A stretch of DNA of 60,491 nt. Source: Candidatus Delongbacteria bacterium (GTDB lineage: Bacteria; UBA4055). The DNA lies in NCBI GenBank assembly GCA_003252515.1, contig QKDR01000029.1, forward strand, positions 1 to 60,491, given 5' to 3'. Positions 60,379-60,491 of the stretch are shown here, one piece after another. Below the pieces are notes generated by a model. That model was not told the DNA's origin, did not search any database, and worked only from the letters and a program-made list of their open reading frames with translations. Position 1 is the first letter of the stretch. Every line of letters starts with the position of its first letter. The translations under genes were made by a program, and so were the position numbers.

Positions 60379-60491
60379 TTTGTTCTCCTTGTTTGTGTTT
60401 CTGATGGCAATATAAACATTATTTATTCTTTTGTCAAGTATTTATTAATATTATTAACATTTTATTTTATTTCTATTAATTTTATCAACAT

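Noticed and set aside
1-60491. CRISPR arrays, tRNA/rRNA genes, prophage or defence-system signatures
   Set aside because: Intergenic regions are short. The largest are about 100-220 bp and are explained by promoters, terminators or the IS. I found no spaced direct-repeat array, no cloverleaf-like sequence, and no nuclease, helicase or methylase motifs.

Overview
This 60.5-kb window appears to come from an anaerobic, uncultured FCB-type bacterium. It has Por_Secre_tail-like C-terminal sorting domains, PorV/PorQ-like barrels and selenocysteine recoding. All family calls rest on motifs read by eye, because no database search was possible.

Layout:
(i) 1-16.5 kb, all minus strand: an outer-membrane/T9SS-linked cluster. 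It holds a transglutaminase-like gene that runs off the left edge and is missing from the ORF track, two tandem paralogous T9SS cargo genes, a PorV/PorQ-like barrel, a 714-aa lipoprotein, a 1107-aa secreted protein and a 1250-aa TonB-dependent-receptor-like barrel.
(ii) 16.6-25.4 kb: mostly housekeeping genes (tsaD, nadA, a TsaC/YrdC-like gene, RseC-like, UbiA-family, an ABC-2/CPBP fusion, a 2H phosphoesterase and a second PorV/PorQ-like gene).
(iii) 25.5-26.4 kb: a decayed insertion sequence with intact ~30-bp inverted repeats.
(iv) 26.4-52.9 kb, every gene on the minus strand: a redox/sulfur-trafficking island, the main point of interest. It contains six HdrA-type flavin modules, found as a 1485-aa HdrA-GltD-HdrA fusion, a 1018-aa double HdrA and a split 429+561-aa pair. 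It also contains three MvhD genes, each with an in-frame TGA at the conserved Cys codon followed by a SECIS-like hairpin. The rest of the island is a family of four Fe-S paralogs, a FAD/NAD(P)-type subunit, an HdrC-like protein, YeeE, three TusA, a DsrE-like protein, three exported rhodaneses, a porin with an in-frame TGA, three thioredoxins, OsmC and two ArsR-type regulators. No HdrB (CCG domain) and no hydrogenase catalytic subunits are present in the window.
(v) 53-60.5 kb: a beta-propeller lipoprotein, hutI, an aldo/keto reductase with an Fe-S domain, a hydrolase, and a DUF2089/DUF4097/SHOCT-like envelope cluster.

I saw no rRNA, tRNA or CRISPR array. Several sigma70-like TTGACA-N17-TAnnnT promoters and rho-independent terminators mark the operon boundaries.
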